A model generated the notes under the pieces. That model had not been told where the DNA came from. It did not search any database and was given only the letters and a program-made list of their open reading frames with translations. Of a DNA stretch of 26,110 bases, positions 22,915 to 26,110 are shown one piece after another. The stretch lies in NCBI GenBank assembly GCA_039591655.1, contig JBDHDE010000036.1:1-26110 (forward strand), in the 5' to 3' direction. Source of the stretch: Gemmatimonadota bacterium (GTDB lineage Bacteria; Gemmatimonadota; Gemmatimonadetes; Gemmatimonadales; GWC2-71-9). The translations under genes and the position numbers were made by a program. The first letter of the stretch is position 1. Every line of letters starts with the position of its first letter.

Positions 22915-25599
22915 TCAGGGCACGATCTCCCGCAACTCCTCGAACCAGTTCTGCACCAGCACCAGGTCTTCCGTGGTGGTGGTCTCCTGCCGGATCATCA
23001 CGAACCGGGTATCGTCCAGGCTGACGTCGTACGCACGGTTGACGTTCAATCCCGCGTAGTCGGCTGCGGAGAAGAGCACCCGCTGTGACCCGAGTGCGAA
23101 TGTCGGGCCTGCCACCACCGATGCAGCGATCAGGTCGCCGGCGCCGCTCCGGTAGAACAGCTCCCGCCCGCTGTGACTCCAGAGGGGTTCGCTGCCACCC
23201 TCGGTGGAGATCATCCACATGGCGTCCTGCGAGTTGGGGAACGGCCGAACGTAGATCTCACGCATCCCCGATTCGTCGGACGCGTAGGCGAGCCACCGCC
23301 CGTCAGGCGAGATGGTCGGCGACACCTCCTCGAATGGCGTCGCCACGAGTTCGATGGCCACGCTGTCGATTCCGGGGCGCAGGGCTAGGATGTCGCCCCG
23401 CCCCGCCGCCTGGTTGTCGGTGCGGTAGACCAGCCACTGACCATCCTGCGACCAAATCCCTTCGAACACAATCCGTTCCTCCTCAAGCAGCTGTACCGCC
23501 GCCGCACTCCCGTCCGCTCTCTTCATGAACAAGGTGCTGGCACCATCACGATCGGAAACGAACACCACGGACTGCCCATCCGGGGTCCAGCTGACCCGCC
23601 AGTTCCTAGAGCCTTCGAAAGTGAGCTTAGTGGGCAGCCCAGCGTTCAGGTGCTTCACCCAGATGTCCTCTGGCGCGAACGATCGTGTGGCGCTCACCGC
23701 GAGCCGGGTGCCGTCCGGAGACAGCGCGAGCGTGGTGAAGATGCCGGTCCAGCCAGGCTCGACGTCAGTCTCGCTGCCGTCTCGCTCGACCCATACCAGC
23801 CGGTCCGCTGGAGCAGTCCCCGCCAAGTACAGAAGGTCGCCCGCATCCGACAGCGCCAACTCGGCCGCCCCCGCGAACTTGACCTGCACGCCTTCGAGCA
23901 GCGGCACCGGCGGCCCGGTGAGCTCAAGCCGGTCCTGGTCGAACGGTGCCGCCAGGAGCACGCCGTCATCCTGCACGTAGGCCAGGTGGCCCGTCGGGGC
24001 ATACCGCGCGTACACGCCTTGGACCAGCGTGCGAACACGGCCGGTGGAGAAGTCCACTACGCCGATGACGTAGGCGCTGCGATCGGACAGGTCCTGCGGG
24101 AGGACCGTGACTATGGCACCCCTGCCGTTGGGCAGCGCGTCCGCCCATCCGTGCGTGCGTTCGCCGCGCGCGGAGTCGACGGTCGTTACAAGCTCCAAGT
24201 CACCTCCCTGGGCCGGCACCCGCGCGAGGCCCTCATATGTGCTCACGTACAGGAAGCCGTCCGTTCCCCAGTCGAGGCTGCCCCCGTACAATACGTGCTC
24301 GATCATGCCAGAATCGACGAGCGTCACAGGAGGCCCCCCCACGAGGGAGACGACACGGAGTTCCACGAGGTCGGTGATGAACGCGACCGCCTGCCCATCG
24401 GGTGAAAAGGCCGGGCAACAGGCGGCATCCGTTCCTCGCAGCGGCGTCGCATCCAACTGATCGCGCTCGCGAATCCACAGCTGCCTTCCGCCACCCTGTC
24501 CCGGTCCCTGGTACACGAACCTCGAGCCGTCCGGTGCCAGCGCGACTGTCGGACCGAATGTATTCATGCGATCCTGTCCGGACGCCAACTTGAGGCTGAA
24601 GCGCCCCGTCGGCGCAGGCTGAAGCTCGGGTCCGGAGCGCGTGATGGCCCAGGTTGCCGCGACGACGGCGACCACAGCGACGCCCGCGAGTGCACGGCTC
24701 AGCGTGTTCCACCGCCAGCCACCAGCCGCTTCGGCAGCGGTACGTGCCACCTCCGGCGCCGTGAGGGTTGGGTTCGTCAACGCAGCGGAGAACTGGGCAG
24801 CGCTCGCGAACCGATCGGCGGGGAGTTTCTCCAGTGCCTTGTGCACCGTCGCCGCGACGTGGGCCGGAACCGTGCGCCGTCGTGTTGTGAGGTCCTGCGG
24901 CTCCTCGGTCAGGATGTGCGCCACCACCGCTTGCGCCGTGCTCCCGACGTGCGGGGGATCGCCGGTCAACATCTCGTACACCGTGGCCCCGAGCGAGTAG
25001 ATGTCGCTGCGCGCGTTCAGCTCCCGTGCTCCGGTCGCCTGCTCTGGGCTCATGTAGTGTGGGGTTCCGAGTGAGAGACCCGTTTCGGTGAGCCGCGTGC
25101 CCCCCGCCTGGCTCACGGCCAGCGCGACCCCAAAGTCCGCGACCAGAGGTTGCCCTGCTTGCAGCAGGATGTTCTCGGGTTTGATGTCGCGGTGCACGAT
25201 GTCGTGTTCGTGCGCGTACTGCAGTGCAGCGGCCACGCCCTCGGCTATCCTCACCGTCTCGTCCACTCCGAGTTGCTTCTCGTGATCCAGCTTGTCCCGG
25301 AGGGTGTCTCCCTCCACATACGGCATCACGTAGTAGACGAGGGTGTCCGCTTCCCCCGAGTCGTACAGCGGTAGGATGTTCGGGTGCTGCAGGTTGGCGG
25401 TGACCTTGATCTCGTTCAGAAACCGCTCGCCGCCAAGGATCGCTGCCAGCTCCGGTTTCAGCACCTTGATCGCCACCTGGCGATGATGTTTGAGATCCTC
25501 AGCGAGATAGACAGTCGCCATGCCACCGCGACCCAACTCCCGCTCGACGGCGTAGTGGTCAGCGAGGGCAGAGGTAAGGCGGTCGAGGACGTCGGCCAC
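22915..25599 (-). CDS. K5: Ser/Thr kinase + transmembrane helix + TolB-like (PD40) beta-propeller repeats
   Basis: GTG start at 25599 (VADVLDRL, AGGAG RBS). HRDIKPEN, DFG, SPE. TM segment ALAGVAVVAVVAATWAI. SPDG repeats and terminal LVLVQNWFEEL. Confidence 0.94.
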   Translation of the reverse strand: MADVLDRLTSALADHYAVERELGRGGMATVYLAEDLKHHRQVAIKVLKPELAAILGGERFLNEIKVTANLQHPNILPLYDSGEADTLVYYVMPYVEGDTLRDKLDHEKQLGVDETVRIAEGVAAALQYAHEHDIVHRDIKPENILLQAGQPLVADFGVALAVSQAGGTRLTETGLSLGTPHYMSPEQATGARELNARSDIYSLGATVYEMLTGDPPHVGSTAQAVVAHILTEEPQDLTTRRRTVPAHVAATVHKALEKLPADRFASAAQFSAALTNPTLTAPEVARTAAEAAGGWRWNTLSRALAGVAVVAVVAATWAITRSGPELQPAPTGRFSLKLASGQDRMNTFGPTVALAPDGSRFVYQGPGQGGGRQLWIRERDQLDATPLRGTDAACCPAFSPDGQAVAFITDLVELRVVSLVGGPPVTLVDSGMIEHVLYGGSLDWGTDGFLYVSTYEGLARVPAQGGDLELVTTVDSARGERTHGWADALPNGRGAIVTVLPQDLSDRSAYVIGVVDFSTGRVRTLVQGVYARYAPTGHLAYVQDDGVLLAAPFDQDRLELTGPPVPLLEGVQVKFAGAAELALSDAGDLLYLAGTAPADRLVWVERDGSETDVEPGWTGIFTTLALSPDGTRLAVSATRSFAPEDIWVKHLNAGLPTKLTFEGSRNWRVSWTPDGQSVVFVSDRDGASTLFMKRADGSAAAVQLLEEERIVFEGIWSQDGQWLVYRTDNQAAGRGDILALRPGIDSVAIELVATPFEEVSPTISPDGRWLAYASDESGMREIYVRPFPNSQDAMWMISTEGGSEPLWSHSGRELFYRSGAGDLIAASVVAGPTFALGSQRVLFSAADYAGLNVNRAYDVSLDDTRFVMIRQETTTTEDLVLVQNWFEELREIVP

Positions 25600-25787
25600 G
25601 CTGGCGAACTCCTGGTTGCCCGACAGATGAACGTTACGGATCAGAGCTGCGGTCGGCCAGCCTCCTGAGGAGGCCGACTGAGTGCGATCGTCCTGGTCGG
25701 GATTCTGCGGGGGTTCTGGGCTAGACAGGAGTGGAAACGAGCCCGCGCCTAGTCCGGCTGCAGGTGGTGACGCTTCTAGCGACCAGC

Positions 25788-25811
25788 GGACACGCCCGGT
25801 CGGGCGTGTCC
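25788..25811 (+). repeat. 24-bp palindromic repeat, copy 5 (perfect arms)
   Basis: GGACACGCCCG-GT-CGGGCGTGTCC. Confidence 0.93.
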
Positions 25812-25846
25812 AACGCCTGAGACTCTGCAGCTCACCCAAGCGGCGC

Positions 25847-26110
25847 CTACAGGGTGAGATCCCCCACCGCCCTCCTGACCTCCTCACCATGCGTCAGGGA
25901 CAGCACGTGCCCCGCGCCCTCCACTAGTCGCAGCTCAGCGTCGGGAAGCCGCCGCGCCAGATCTTCCGCCACTGAGGTCGCGAACAGCGTGTCCTCCGTG
26001 CCGTGCAGCACGATGGTTGGCACCCCGATATCACCCAGCATGCCTCGCACATCGAAGCCGCGCATGGCGCAGCGGTAGGAGCGCATCGCCCGCCAGCCCG
26101 TGTTACGCCA
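25847..26110 (-). CDS. Alpha/beta hydrolase, C-terminal part (5' end outside the window)
   Basis: IGVPTIVLHGTEDTLF (catalytic Asp region) and LVEGAGHVL (catalytic His). Frame is open to the window edge. Confidence 0.88.
   Translation of the reverse strand, partial: WRNTGWRAMRSYRCAMRGFDVRGMLGDIGVPTIVLHGTEDTLFATSVAEDLARRLPDAELRLVEGAGHVLSLTHGEEVRRAVGDLTL

Noticed and set aside
10953..25811. CRISPR array, canonical integron attC or dif/pdif interpretation of the 24-bp repeats
   Set aside because: Copies are kilobases apart with no cas genes. There are no RYYYAAC/GTTRRRY cores and no integrase. The spacer is 2 bp rather than 6 bp, and the arms do not resemble Xer sites.
25600..25890. 97-aa N-terminal extension of K5 in the ORF track
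   Set aside because: Overlaps the hydrolase end and palindrome copy 5. Paralog alignment and an AGGAG RBS place the start at GTG 25599.

Overview
High-GC bacterial window. The expanded Hanks-type kinase family suggests a Gemmatimonadota-like organism, but that is inference only. The left part (1-9214) looks like core genome: the 3' end of a molybdopterin oxidoreductase, a class V aminotransferase/cysteine desulfurase, a small lipoprotein, a Tat-exported GH38-like protein, a chelatase/MoxR-like AAA+ ATPase, a cytidylate-kinase-like gene, an MFS transporter and a vWA protein. The right part (9215-26110) looks accessory: an FkbM methyltransferase, small and hypothetical genes, a transglutaminase-like gene and a partial alpha/beta hydrolase, plus five intact Ser/Thr kinase genes (K1-K5) and one truncated kinase stub. 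The kinases share related catalytic domains, carry different C-terminal sensor modules and appear mosaic. The most striking unexplained structure is a 24-bp palindrome (11-2-11; consensus GGACACGCCCG-NN-CGGGCGTGTCC) found five times, only in intergenic gaps of the kinase array, always in the same orientation and always 3' of a minus-strand gene. It has one invariant arm, and nearly all changes in the other arm are G-T-compatible. This could mark a cassette-like kinase-sensor shuffling system, though no recombinase is encoded in the window. No rRNA, tRNA, CRISPR array, transposase or integrase was seen.
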